DNA of 64,000 nucleotides from Macrostomum hystrix. Its lineage: Eukaryota > Animalia > Platyhelminthes. Each line of letters starts with the position of its first letter. Positions within the stretch are counted from its first letter, which is position 1. The translations under genes were made by a program, and so were the position numbers. Location: assembly GCA_950097015.1 (NCBI GenBank), contig CATNEN010000037.1, positions 1,178,001 through 1,242,000 of the forward strand, written 5' to 3'. Under the pieces are notes generated by a model. It was given only the letters and a program-made list of their open reading frames with translations. It had not been told where the DNA came from and searched no databases. Shown here piece after piece: positions 25,143 through 37,809 of this stretch.

Positions 25143-28100
25143 TGTGCTGGTGCAATAAGAAAAGCCGGGTGGGTTGGAGGCACAGTTCGGAGGGTGTTGG
25201 CAGTGCGATAAGAAAAGCTGGGGTGGGTTGAAGGCACAGTTCGGAGGGTGTTGGCAGTGCAATAAGAAAATCCGGGATGGGTTTGAGGCACAGTTCGGAG
25301 GGTGTTGGCAGTGCGATAAGAAAAGCTGAGTGGGTTGAAGGCACAGTTCGGAGGGTGTTGGCAGTGCGATAAGAAAAGCTGGGTGGGTTGAAGGCACAGT
25401 TCGGAGGGTGTTGGCAGTGCGATAAGAAAAGCTGGGGTGGGTTGAAGGCACAGTTCGGAGGGTGATGGCAGTGCGATAAGAAAAGCTGGGGTGGGTTGAA
25501 GGCACAGTTCGGAGGGTGTTGGCAGTGCGATAAGAAAAGCTGGGTGGGTTTGAGGCACAGTTCGGAGGGTGTTGGCAGTGCGATAACAAAAGCTGGGGTG
25601 GGTTGGAGGCACAGTTCGGAGGGTGTTGGCAGTGCGATAAGAAAAGCTGGGGTGGGTTGGAGGCACAGTTCGGAGGGTGTTGGCAGTGCGATAAGAAAAG
25701 CCGGGGTGGGTTAAAGGCACAGTTCGGAGGGTGTTGGCAGTGCGATAACAAAAGCTGGGGTGGGTTGGAGGCACAGTTCGGAGGGTGTTGGCAGTGCGAT
25801 AAGAAAAGCTGGGGTGGGTTGGAGGCACAGTTCGGAGGGTGTTGGCAGTGCGATAAGAAAAGCCGGGGTGGGTTGGAGGCACAGTTCAGAGGGTGTTGGC
25901 AGTGCGATAAGAAAAGCTGAGTGGGTTGAAGGCACAGTTCGGAGGGTGTTGGCAGTGCGATAAGAAAAGCTGGGTGGGTTGAAGGCACAGTTCGGAGGGT
26001 GTTGGCAGTGCGATAAGAAAAGCTGGGGTGGGTTGAAGGCACAGTTCGGAGGGTGATGGCAGTGCGATAAGAAAAGCTGGGGTGGGTTGAAGGCACAGTT
26101 CGGAGGGTGTTGGCAGTGCGATAAGAAAAGCTGGGTGGGTTTGAGGCACAGTTCGGAGGGTGTTGGCAGTGGGATAACAAAAGCTGGGGTGGGTTGGAGG
26201 CACAGTTCGGAGGGTGTTGGCAGTGCGATAAGAAAAGCTGGGGTGGGTTGGAGGCACAGTTCGGAGGGTGTTGGCAGTGCGATAAGAAAAGCCGGGGTGG
26301 GTTAAAGGCACAGTTCGGAGGGTGTTGGCAGTGCGATAATAAAAGCTGGGGTGGGTTGGAGGCACAGTTCGGAGGGTGTTGGCAGTGCGATAAGAAAAGC
26401 TGGGGTGGGTTGGAGGCACAGTTCGGAGGGTGTTGGCAGTGCGATAAGAAAAGCCGGGGTGGGTTGGAGGCACAGTTCAGAGGGTGTTGGCAGTGCGATA
26501 AGAAAAGCTGAGTGGGTTGAAGGCACAGTTCGGAGGGTGTTGGCAGTGCGATAAGAAAAGCTGGGTGGGTTGAAGGCACAGTTCGGAGGGTGTTGGCAGT
26601 GCGATAAGAAAAGCTGGGGTGGGTTGAAGGCACAGTTCGGAGGGTGATGGCAGTGCGATAAGAAAAGCTGGGGTGGGTTGAAGGCACAGTTCGGAGGGTG
26701 TTGGCAGTGCGATAAGAAAAGCTGGGTGGGTTTGAGGCACAGTTCGGAGGGTGTTGGCAGTGGGATAACAAAAGCTGGGGTGGGTTGGAGGCACAGTTCG
26801 GAGGGTGTTGGCAGTGCGATAAGAAAAGCTGGGGTGGGTTGGAGGCACAGTTCGGAGGGTGTTGGCAGTGCGATAAGAAAAGCCGGGGTGGGTTAAAGGC
26901 ACAGTTCGGAGGGTGTTGGCAGTGCGATAACAAAAGCTGGGGTGGTTTGGAGGCACAGTTCGGAGGGTGTTGGCAGTGCGATAAGAAAAGCTGGGGTGGG
27001 TTGGAGGCACAGTTCGGAGGGTGTTGGCAGTGCGATAAGAAAAGCCGGGGTGGGTTGGAGGCACAGTTCAGAGGGTGTTGGCAGTGCGATAAGAAAAGCT
27101 GGGGTGGGTTGGAGGCACAGTTCGGAGGGTGTTGGCAGTGCGATAAGAAAAGCCGGGGTGGGTTAAAGGCACAGTTCGGAGGGTGTTGGCAGTGCGATAA
27201 CAAAAGCTGGGGTGGGTTGGAGGCACAGTTCGGAGGGTGTTGGCAGTGCGATAACAAAAGCTGGGGTGGGTTGGAGGCACAGTTCGGAGGGTGTTGGCAG
27301 TGCGATAAGAAAAGCTGGGGTGGGTTGGAGGCACAGTTCAGAGGGTGTTGGCAGTGCGATAAGAAAAGCTGAGTGGGTTGAAGGCACAGTTCGGAGGGTG
27401 TTGGCAGTGCGATAAGAAAAGCTGGGTGGGTTGAAGGCACAGTTCGGAGGGTGTTGGCAGTGCGATAAGAAAAGCTGGGGTGGGTTGAAGGCACAGTTCG
27501 GAGGGTGATGGCAGTGCGATAAGAAAAGCTGGGGTGGGTTGAAGGCACAGTTCGGAGGGTGTTGGCAGTGCGATAAGAAAAGCTGGGTGGGTTTGAGGCA
27601 CAGTTCGGAGGGTGTTGGCAGTGGGATAACAAAAGCTGGGGTGGGTTGGAGGCACAGTTCGGAGGGTGTTGGCAGTGCGATAACAAAAGCTGGGGTGGGT
27701 TGGAGGCACAGTTCGGAGGGTGTTGGCAGTGCGATAAGAAAAGCTGGGGTGGGTTGGAGGCACAGTTCGGAGGGTGTTGGCAGTGCGATAAGAAAAGCCG
27801 GGGTGGGTTGGAGGCACAGTTCGGAGGGTGTTGGCAGTGCGATAAGAAAAGCTGGGGTGGGTTGGAGGCACAGTTCGGAGGGTGTTGGCAGTGCGATAAG
27901 AAAAGCTGGGGTGGGTTGGAGGCACAGTTCGGAGGGTGTTGGCAGTGCGATAAGAAAAGCTGGGGTGGGTTGGAGGCACAGTTCGGAGGGTGTTGGCAGT
28001 GCGATAAGAAAAGCTGGGGTGGGTTGGAGGCACAGTTCGGAGGGTGTTGGCAGTGCGATAAGAAAAGCCGGGGTGGGTTGGAGGCACAGTTCAGAGGGTG

Positions 28101-28600
28101 TTGGCAGTGCGATAAGAAAAGCCGGGGTGGGTTGAAGGCACAGTTCGGAGGGTGTTGGCAGTGCGATAAGAAAAGCTGGGGTGGGTTGAAGGCACAGTTC
28201 AGAGGGTGTTGGCAGTGCGATAACAAAAACCGGGGTGGGTTGAAGGCACAGTTCAGAGGGTGTTGGCAGTGCGATAAGAAAAGCTGGGGTGGGTTGAAGG
28301 CACAGTTCGGAGGGTGTTGGCAGTGCGATAAGAAAAGCTGGGGTGGGTTGAAGGCACAGTTCGGAGGGTGTTGGCAGTGCGATAAGAAAAGCTGGGGTAG
28401 GTTGAAGGCACAGTTCGGAGGGTGTTGGCAGTGCGATAAGAAAAGCTGGGGTGGGTTGAAGGCACAGTTCAGAGGGTGTTGGCAGTGCGATAAGAAAAGC
28501 TGGGGTGGGTTGAAGGCACAGTTCGGAGGGTGTTGGCAGTGCGATAACAAAAGCCGGAGTGGGTTCAAGGCACAGTTCGGAGGGTGTTGGCAGTGCGATA
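25143..28600. repeat. 54-bp minisatellite with a 591-bp higher-order period
   Basis: Unit AAGAAAAGCTGGGGTGGGTTGGAGGCACAGTTCGGAGGGTGTTGGCAGTGCGAT, plus 53-bp variants. Near-identical spurious ORFs recur at 25496, 26087 and 26678. Confidence 0.97.
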
Positions 28601-29085
28601 TGAGAAGCTGTGGAGGTTTCAAGACAAGTCCGAGAATGGAAAAGTTTTTCAATTGCTTTTATTCTGCTTGACGACTCAAAAATAGTTTTCTGTCTCTTTG
28701 GAGAGTGCAGGATGAGGTCTAACACATTTGCCTCTCGCACCAAGGTGCGAGAGCTCGAGGTCCCTGATCTCGATTCCGCGGCGAGGCCATTTATTTGGGG
28801 CGCAGCCGGTTTGAGAAGGCTCGGGGATTGTCGTGCAATTTACTCCGATGAGGGCCAACCTCAAGGCATCCTCTCTGGTTGCGGGTCTGGTGTCACCAAG
28901 TGTCAATGATGTGCCAGTGCCCGTAGCCCTCCTTTAAATATTAGTATTATTACTATTATTACTTGGAGAGTGAGCACAGAAGGTCAATTTGGCTCGCCAC
29001 ACTGAATCCACAGTCTAACTTTGCCTAACTAGAAAACAAAAAAATCTGTATTATAATGTTGACACAGTTGGTAAGCTAGGAAAAA

Positions 29086-29974
29086 AAACCTTTAAATCCC
29101 AAGCCTCCGGATCCCAAATCTTTATATTCCAAACCTCGGAATCCCAAACCTTCGAATCCCAAACTTTTGAATCCGAGAACCTTCAAATCCCAAACCTTTG
29201 ATTACCAAACATTTGAATCCCAAACCTCCGAATCCCAAACCTTCGAATCCCAAACCTTTGAACCCCAAACCTCCGAATCCCAAACCTCCGAATCCCAAAC
29301 CTCCGAATCCCAAACCTCCGAATCCCAAACCTCCGAATCCCAAACCTCCGAATCCCAAACCTCCGAATCCCAAACCTCCGAATCCCAAACCTCCGAATCC
29401 CAAACCTCCGAATCCCAAACCTCCGAATCCCAAACCTCCGAATCCCAAACCTCCGAATCCCAAACCTCCGAATCCCAAACCTCCGAATCCCAAACCTCCG
29501 AATCCCAAACCTCCGAATCCCAAACCTTTAAATCCCAAACCTCCGAATCCCAAACCTCCGAATCCCAAACCTCCGAATCCCAAACCTCCGAATCCCAAAC
29601 CTTTAAATCCCAAACCTCCGAATCCCAAACCTCCGAATCCCAAACCTCCGAATCCCAAACCTCCGAATCCCAAACCTCCGAATCCCAAACCTCCGAATCC
29701 CAAACCTCCGAATCCCAAACCTCCGAATCCCAAACCTTTAAATCCCAAACCTCCGAATCCCAAACCTCCGAATCCCAAACCTCCGAATCCCAAACCTCCG
29801 AATCCCAAACCTTTAAATCCCAAACCTCCGAATCCCAAACCTCCGAATCCCAAACCTCCGAATCCCAAACCTCCGAATCCCAAACCTTTAAATCCCAAAC
29901 CTCCGAATCCCAAACCTCCGAATCCCAAACCTCCGAATCCCAAACCTTTAAATCCCAAACCTCCGAATCCCAAA
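29086..29974. repeat. 15-bp minisatellite (AATCCCAAACCTCCG)
   Basis: About 58 units, with a recurrent CTTTA variant. Confidence 0.97.
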
Positions 29975-30604
29975 GCTTGTTGACAGAGTGAGTAAGCAAC
30001 GAAATACGAGCTAAAGTAAGCAGATAGGTTTTTCAAATTATATTTTTTTTTGCTTTAGATTTTTGGCAACATCAGCAGCAGCAGCTTCTCGATGCTCGGG
30101 GCGTCGATTTCCACGCCGGCCTTACTAATCGATTCTCAGTGTTCAGAATCGAGGCTTCACAAAACCGCTGTTCGAGGGACCGCGTTGATTTTGGTCGGGG
30201 AGAGGGGAGAAGGCAGCAGCGGGTGGAGTCTCGACTCGTCCCAATTTCCACTTTTGATACTTATTTGCATAGTGGCAGGATGAAGGAGAGATTGTGGGAA
30301 AATCCGATAATTTGACCGGCTGCGTCTGGGAGCTCAGTGCTTGGTGAGCCTGTCACACTTGACCACCCTGATTTCGTCCTCAAGGCTTTGGCCATATTGC
30401 CCATGGGTGGGAGACGGATGAAGATTATATTTGTCCAAGGCGCACAAGGGCATACAAAAATGTACTTCAGCATGTTATTACCAGACATTGGTTATGGAAC
30501 TGCGTCCGTCTGCGAGTTTGTTGCGGCTGGACCGGTGCCAGAGGGCGGGAATTACAGAATTCGGCAATACACTTTAACTACGAGGCGGATGTCTCTATGT
30601 TTGA

Positions 30605-31245
30605 GTCCCAAACCTTTGCAATCCTAAACTCCCGATCCCAAACTCCCAATCCCGAACCTCCCAATCCCAAACTCCCAATCCCGAACTCCCAATCCCAAAC
30701 TCCCAATCCCGAACCTCCCAATCCCAAACTCCCAATCCCGAACTCCCAATCCCGAACTCCCAATCCCAAACTCCCAATCCCAAACTCCCAATCCCAAACT
30801 CCCAATCCCGAACTCCCAATCACGAACCTCCCAATCCCAAACTCCCAATCCCGAACTCCCAATCCCAAACTCCCAATCCCGAACTCCCAATCCCGAACTC
30901 CCAATCCCAAACTCCCAATCCCAAACTCCCAATCCCGAACTCCCAATCCCAAACTCCCAATCCCGAACTCCCAATCACGAACCTCCCAATCCCAAACTCC
31001 CAATCCCGAACTCCCAATCCCAAACTCCCAATCCCGAACTCCCAATCACGAACCTCCCAATCCCAAACTCCCAATCCCGAACTCCCAATCCCAAACTCCC
31101 AATCCCAAACTCCCAATCCCGAACTCCCAATCCCAAACTACCAATCCCGAACTCCCAATCCCAAACTCCCAATCCCAAACTCCCGATCCCAAACTCCCAA
31201 TCCCGAACCTCCCAATCCCAAACCTTCTAATCCCTGACCTCCGGA
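30605..31245. repeat. 7/14-bp C-rich minisatellite (CTCCCAATCCCAAA / CTCCCAATCCCGAA)
   Basis: Direct observation; shares the AATCCC(A/G)AA core with the 29.1-kb array. Confidence 0.95.
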
Positions 31246-31564
31246 ACTCCCTTAAAATAAACAATGTCGTATGTTAACTAAGACGTAGATCTTTATATTT
31301 TAACTATACTACTAAGGGTCTCTATATTCAGAGACTGATGCCTAGCTTAGATAATTTTAATAGAGTGCATTCCCATAATATAGGGTGTACAGGCTGTCTC
31401 CAATGATGTCTGGCGATAGCTTAGGTAGCTGTTCTTCATTGCTTACGGTTTCAGGCTACAGTTTCCTGCCCATATTTTCCTGGTGCAGCATGCAAATGCT
31501 GCATGGTGCTAAACTCGGTGCACACTAGCATGCAATTTTTATCAGCCTTGCCTTCTATGTGCAC

Positions 31565-31566
<2 letters not shown>

Positions 31567-31605
<39 letters not shown>
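31567..31605. repeat. (CTG)n microsatellite
   Basis: Direct observation. Confidence 0.9.
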
Positions 31606-31804
31606 ATCTGCGGCAAACATACAAGGCCATCTAGCGATGCCGATTTTATTGCCTAGAAGCGAATTCAAATGTGTAACGTGTGCTGAAGAACAGAATGACT
31701 TGCAAAACTTTAGTTCTCAATCAGAATAATTCCTACTTTGTTTTGGTTCAAACAGAGGAGACTGGAGGGAGGGACGAGAAAAAGGATGAGGGTAAGATGA
31801 TACA

Positions 31805-32120
31805 GGAGGAGGGTGAGAGGAGACAGGAGGGTGAGAGGAGACAGGAGGGTGAGAGGAGACAGGAGGAGGGTGAGGGAGACAGGAGGGTGAGAGGAGACAG
31901 GAGGGTGAGAGGAGACAGGAGGAGGGTGAGAGGAGACAGGAGGGTGAGAGGAGACAGGAGGAGAGTGAGAGGAGAGGAGGGTGAGAGAAGACAGGAGGGT
32001 GAGAGGAGACAGGAGGGTGAGAGGAGACAGGAGGAGGGTGAGAGGAGACAGGAGGGTGAGAGGAGACAGGAGGGTGAGAGGAGACAGGAGGAGGGTGAGA
32101 GGAGGAGACAGGAGGAGGGC
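31805..32120. repeat. 18/21-bp purine-rich minisatellite (GGAGGGTGAGAGGAGACA)
   Basis: Direct observation. Confidence 0.93.
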
Positions 32121-32919
32121 AGATGAGGGAGGGCAGTGATGAAAAATGACACAAGGAAATTAAGCAATCAGAGCAATGGACCCACAAACTCGTATGGTAT
32201 GGAAGTGGGCGCAGATATTGATGAGGCAATGCAACCTGGTAAACACAAATGAAAAGCAATTTTCCCATACTCGCGAGCAGTTTTAGGCGAAACTTTCATT
32301 AATCATTTCAGATCCACTCAGACAGGGGGGAAGTTTAGTCAACAAAGATTTTATCGCGATCGGACAAAGTCCCGACATCCTGCTCAAAACGGAAATTGAA
32401 CTCGACGGGCGGCAACCAATGCTCGATGCAGGACCTTGAATCTCTCTGATTGATTGCCATATCGTGTGGGACCCTATAATCGTATAGGTTTGCATCGGAC
32501 ACACTAGTTTTTTGTTCACCTGTCCCTAATAATTGAATTAGATCAATCTACTTGATGAAGATGAGCTTGCACGATTATAAAAAATCTAATCTAAATACAC
32601 CCGTGCGCATTTATACTTTTATTTACTGTCTGTCCTACTTAGAGTAGTTAAACTCTAAATTATATATAGTGCTATTCAATAAACACTTTTACTGAATTCC
32701 CAGCCATTCCGTGCATTACTTATGCAGTGTGCAACATTAGGGGATTAGGAAGGCAGGCAAGGCTATGCGTGAGAATTCTGTGGCCAAGAATAATTGCCTT
32801 TTATGCAAATTTCTCTGGGCTGCGAAACGCACAATGAGATATGAAGTTTTGCTACACTTATATGGTGGAAAATTTGATATTTGCATTTTCAGTTTTGTGC
32901 CATTTCGCGTATCCTCAAT

Positions 32920-33446
32920 TGTGCCAGTGGCTGCCATTTATCATGTTCTCATCTGTGCCAGTGGCTGCCATTTATCATGTTCTCATCTGTGCCAGTGGCT
33001 GCCATTTCTCATGTTCTCATCTGTGCCAGTGGCTGCCATTTCTCATGTTCTCATCTGTGCCAGTGGCTGCCATTTCTCATGTTCTCATCTGTGCCAGTGG
33101 CTGCCATTTCTCATGTTCTCATCTGTGCCAGTGGCTGCCATTTCTCATGTTCTCATCTGTGCCAGTGGCTGCCATTTCTCATGTTCTCATCTGTGCCAGT
33201 GGCTGCCATTTCTCATGTTCTCATCTGTGCCAGTGGCTGCCATTTCTCATGTTCTCATCTGTGCCAGTGGCTGCCATTTCTCATGTTCTCATCTGTGCCA
33301 GTGGCTGCCATTTCTCATGTTCTCATCTGTGCCAGTGGCTGCCATTTCTCATGTTCTCATCTGTGCCAGTGGCTGCCATTTCTCATGTTCTCATCTGTGC
33401 CAGTGGCTGCCATTTCTCATGTTCTCATCTGTGCCAGTGGCTGCCA
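32920..33446. repeat. 34-bp minisatellite (TGTGCCAGTGGCTGCCATTTCTCATGTTCTCATC), ~15.5 copies
   Basis: Direct observation. Confidence 0.97.
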
Positions 33447-35361
33447 TATTTCGCACTCATCTTGAGCACAAATGCTGGGAGCAGGGCGGCAAGATCAATT
33501 ATCACTTGTAGCTTTCCATCGGGATCGCAAAGGCTTTACGGCAAAGATGAACCAGCAGGTGCTTGTTCCAGGTGACTCCCTCACTTAATAAGCAACTTGT
33601 AACAAGATTAAGCTCAGTCACGGGCCACTATTTCGCTACAATGCGGCCTTGCATGATGCAGCAGGTGTGTGCCCATCAGGCACTGCAACTGAGCCTTGAC
33701 TAGATAGAAAAGAATCTAATTTCCTCATTTTAAGAAGAAAATATAATTCTGACTGTTTCAATTCTTGAATCTTTTCCAGCAGCCTCTATAACTGAATGCT
33801 GAAATGTGCATCCGTGTCAGGTTGGCTCTCCACAATGACTGATAGCTAAAAACTGCAAAAGCTGATCCTGGGCTAACTAAACGAGAAGAGTAGAAGATAA
33901 GCGGTGGTGGATGCTCGTATCCGCCAACAATTCCCACTCCAAAAAATTGTGGTGGGATGGGAATGCTTCGCACTGCTTGTACCCCAAGCCTTTCATTACA
34001 GGTACATTGTACTGCAGAGCCTTGCATAGGATGTAAATTTATACGCATAAAAGAAGCTGTTAATCGCCAATTCTAGTCAAGTGTCTCCACCCCTTCGTTC
34101 CCAATGCACAGTCCAATGAATTATTGAGTCTATTCCTTTTTTTAGTCTCGGCTACATCGGAATCGGGATTAAAGGCTGCGGACCAGATTAAAGTAACCTT
34201 AGGTTTTCCCTTCCAGCCAGTCACTCTGCCTTAGCCGTTCAGCAAGCTCTCTGCTTTCATTTTTCTTTCATTTTTCATTTCTTTCTGTTCATCAGCATAA
34301 AGTACATCTTGGGCAGAAGTTTGCTCAGCAAGCAGCCAGGAGCTCTACTTCCTATGCCCAATCAGAGCTGTCCGTGCCCCCTCTCTCTCCGTCTGTCTCT
34401 GAACCCATTGCGCTTGATTTTCTCAGCAGCCCTCCAGCCGCTCCATCAAGCTTTTGCAGCACAGTCTACCCTCATAGACTATCGGCTCCACTTTCCCAAT
34501 CCCCCTTGGGGTAGCGCTGGGGTGGGATGTGAGGAGCATCTTGCTCCTTCCAGTGCCGAGAAAATCTCGGTTGCATTCGTCTCTCTCTCTATCCCTCTCT
34601 TACCGGCAAGCGAGTAGTCAAAGCCTGTCCCGAGAGCAGAGGACTCCCCATCTCTTCTCTTCCTCGCTCACAGTTTCTTTTCCTCTCCCGACCCTCATCC
34701 ACAGCTATTCCAGCATCTCATTGCTCATAGCCTCCTCAGCGGCAGTGCAACTCTCTCGGGCAGCGCAGCGCCACTGTTTCCCTTCTTCCCAAATCCCATC
34801 CACACATTTTATTCCTCACCTCTTTCCTATTTTGCTAGGGAAGGATGGGATGAGAGTTGTTGGATGGGGGAGAGGGTGGGGAGGCGGGCTCGGCAACGAA
34901 TCACATCTCAGCCAGTGAGTACGACTGCAATCTACGATCAATACGGAGCCAACTTCTCTGCCTGCCACGCCAATCTTACCCTCTCCCTCCGTCCGTCCCT
35001 TCGCGACCTTTTTGGCCCGTTGATTTCTCTTTCCATTGCTTCTCTCTGCAGCCGCTCCCATCTCCCCGTCGCATTTCTCCTCCCATTGCGTCGCGGCAAG
35101 TTTCCTTAACCATCGCAGATCCCATTCTCCTCAGCCGACGCGTGTGCGGGCACTGAACCGTCTGAAGATCCCAAATCTTTCAAAGCAGGATAAAACATTT
35201 TCAGAAGTAGCGGGAGGTTGCAGAAACAGCCGGTGGATCTTTCAACAAATCAACCGAAAAAATAATCCTAAGCCTAAAGAATTTGACACAAGTTTCAAGC
35301 CCATTGCGGGCAGCTTCAGTAGGGCCGTGACGGAGCCGCCGCTGCCGCAGCCGCAGCCAAC

Positions 35362-35450
35362 ATGAATAAGGGATTCTTCAGCGGCCTGCCGTTCGGCCGA
35401 AAGAAGAGCGGCAACAAAAAAAGCAAAGAGGAGTCGCTGCCACCCCAGCA

Positions 35451-35487
<37 letters not shown>

Positions 35488-35620
35488 GCACCGCAGCGTC
35501 ACCAGTCCGGAGGAGCGTCCACGTCAGCTTCTTCGTCATCTAGACGATCAGCGCCGCCACCTCCGTCACGCGGCGGTGAGCGAACCGCCCGCAGAGACGA
35601 GCCCATTGCATCCGGCTACA

Positions 35621-35659
<39 letters not shown>

Positions 35660-37801
35660 GCTCGGCCAGCAGCCAGCCGGCATCCAAACGGTCCGGGGAG
35701 CCTCCACCGACCGCAGAGTACGATGCGACCGAGTTCGAGTACGGCCAGACATATGGCCACGAAGGCAACGTGGAGGGCGTGTACTACAACTACATGGCTG
35801 CGGATGACTACGGCTCGCCATACGTTCAAAGCCAGGAGGCCTTCAAATCAAGCACACTGTCGCTGGAGTACACCGAGAAGGACGTCGTTATCCCCGATCG
35901 GGATAGGCGCTTCTCTCAGAAGACTGGCAGCCGGACCCGGTCGATGTCACGTGATCGGTACAGCTCGCGCAACATCAGCCGCAAGTATTCCACTGGCAGC
36001 TCGCGCGGCTCGAGCCGACGCAACTCCGAAGTTGACGTCGAGGTGATCCGGGCGGCGCTGGGACCTGCGGAGTTCGGCGACGCGACTGCGGGCTCGGCGA
36101 ACGCCGTCGGTTCGGCACCGCCTGGTCAGGTTTCCGCCGAGCTTACCGAGTTGGTGCGGGATATCAGCGAGCAGTTCAACCTGGACCGCGTTGACACAGA
36201 GGACGACTGGGAAGCGGCCGCCGCCGGGGCTGGCATCGACTCTGGTGCGGCCACGGGCGACAGGGACAGCGAGGCCATCCAGGAGTTCTTCGCCAAGTCG
36301 TCGCAGGGTAGCAACCATTCGCAGGAGGGCGAACCGACGGTCAGGGAGGCAGACGCGCCGGTTGAAGTGGAAGTTTTCGAAGCCGAGGTTCCGAACGCTT
36401 GCGGCGTGGCGCTGAGCGTTACCGAGTGCGAAGACCTGCCCAGGCCGGAGATCCTGGTGTCCGTCCATGGCAGCTACGGGGAGCTTCGCGAAGTCATTCC
36501 CGAGGAGCAGCACGTGCAGGACTCTGATCCTACTGCTGCCGAGGTGGCAGCGGTGACTGCGTCAGCTGGCTCGCTAGGCTACGATTTCTCCTATCCTTCG
36601 GCAACTACTCCGGTGCCGCCAGAAATGCGGGACAAAGCGGACGATGCCTACGGCGAGGAGCAGGGCGTTCAGCCGCAGGCTGCGTACGATCAAGAGGCCG
36701 CATATGCCGGATATCAGTACGAAGGTTACGATCAGCAGCAATACGACGACTATCCTGCAGACTATCAGCAGCAATATACGGGCTACCAGACGGATGGTCA
36801 GCAACAGCAGTATGAAGGCTACAAGGGCTACCAGACGGAGGGCCAGCAGGAGTATGCAGGATTTGCTACTGGCTATGAAGGCTATGCGGAGGGATACCAG
36901 GCGGAGGGTTATGAAGGCTACCAGACTGAGGGTCAGGGAAGCTACCAGCCAGAGGGTCAGGAAGGCTACCAGACGGAGGGTCAGGAAGGCTACCAGGCGG
37001 AGGGTTATGAAGGCTACCAGACTGAGGGTCAGGGAAGCTACCAGCCAGAGGGTCAGGAAGGCTACCAGACGGAGGGTCAGGAAGGCTACCAGACGGAGGG
37101 TCAGGAGGGCTACCAGGCGGAGGGTCAGGAGGACTACCAGACGGAGGGTCAGGAAGGCTACCAGACGGAGGGTCAGGAAGGCTACCAGACGGAGGGTCAG
37201 GAAGGCTACCAGACGAAGGGTCAGGAAGGCTACCAGACGGAGGGTCAGGAGGGCTACCAGGCGGAGGGTCAGGAGGGCTACCAGGCGGAGAGTCAGGAAG
37301 TCCACCAGGCGGAGGGTCAGGAGGGCTACCAGGCGGAGAGTCAGGAAGTCTACCAGGCGGAGGGTCAGGAGGGCTACCAGGCGGAGGGTCAGGAGGGCTA
37401 CCAGGCGGAGAGTCAGGAAGTCTACCAGGCGGAGGGTCAGGAGGGCTACCAGGCGGAGGGTCAGGAGTCCTCTCAAGAGCAGTACCAGTACGACGCAAGC
37501 TACTATAGCGGTCAAGGCCAGTATGACAGCTACGGATATGGCGAGGGCTACCAATACGGCGAGGGCTACGATCAGAACGGCGAGCAGTATCAGTACCAGT
37601 ACGACGAGACGCAGGCGGGTGACTATTACAACGAATATGGCTACTCAGAGCAGGGCGCCTCGCAGAAGTCGGCGCCGCCGGCAAGGCCGCCACCGCCTGG
37701 CGCCGGTGCGGGCGCCCCGCCGAGGCCGCCACCCCCGAGTGCTGGGGCGCCACCAGCGAGGCCGCCACCACCAAGCTCCGCTCCGGCGAAGGGCAAGTCA
37801 A
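35362..37801 (+). CDS. Stonin gene, putative exon 1 (poly-Q, acidic, GQEGYQTE repeats, proline-rich motifs)
   Basis: ATG at 35362, GC-rich open frame, consensus donor A|GTAAGT at 37802. Phase 1 matches the acceptor TTGCAG| at 39561 (A+GT = Ser, then EEELPGHNVQF in frame with the stonin ORF). Linkage to stonin is inferred from phase only. Confidence 0.6.
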
Positions 37802-37809
37802 GTAAGTCT

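Noticed and set aside
25112-28743. Many long Cys/His/Trp-rich ORFs (up to 1177 aa, CxxC-like)
   Set aside because: Translations of the 54-bp satellite in several frames; recurring 53-bp units shift frame freely, showing no coding constraint.
29086-31245. Interstitial telomeric repeat
   Set aside because: The core AATCCC/GGGATT is the reverse, not the reverse complement, of TTAGGG; CCCTAA units are essentially absent.
29122-31277. GLGFG, SESQT, PNPK, VWDSE and WEFGIG repeat ORFs
   Set aside because: Open in multiple frames on both strands; artefacts of 15-bp and 14-bp repeats.
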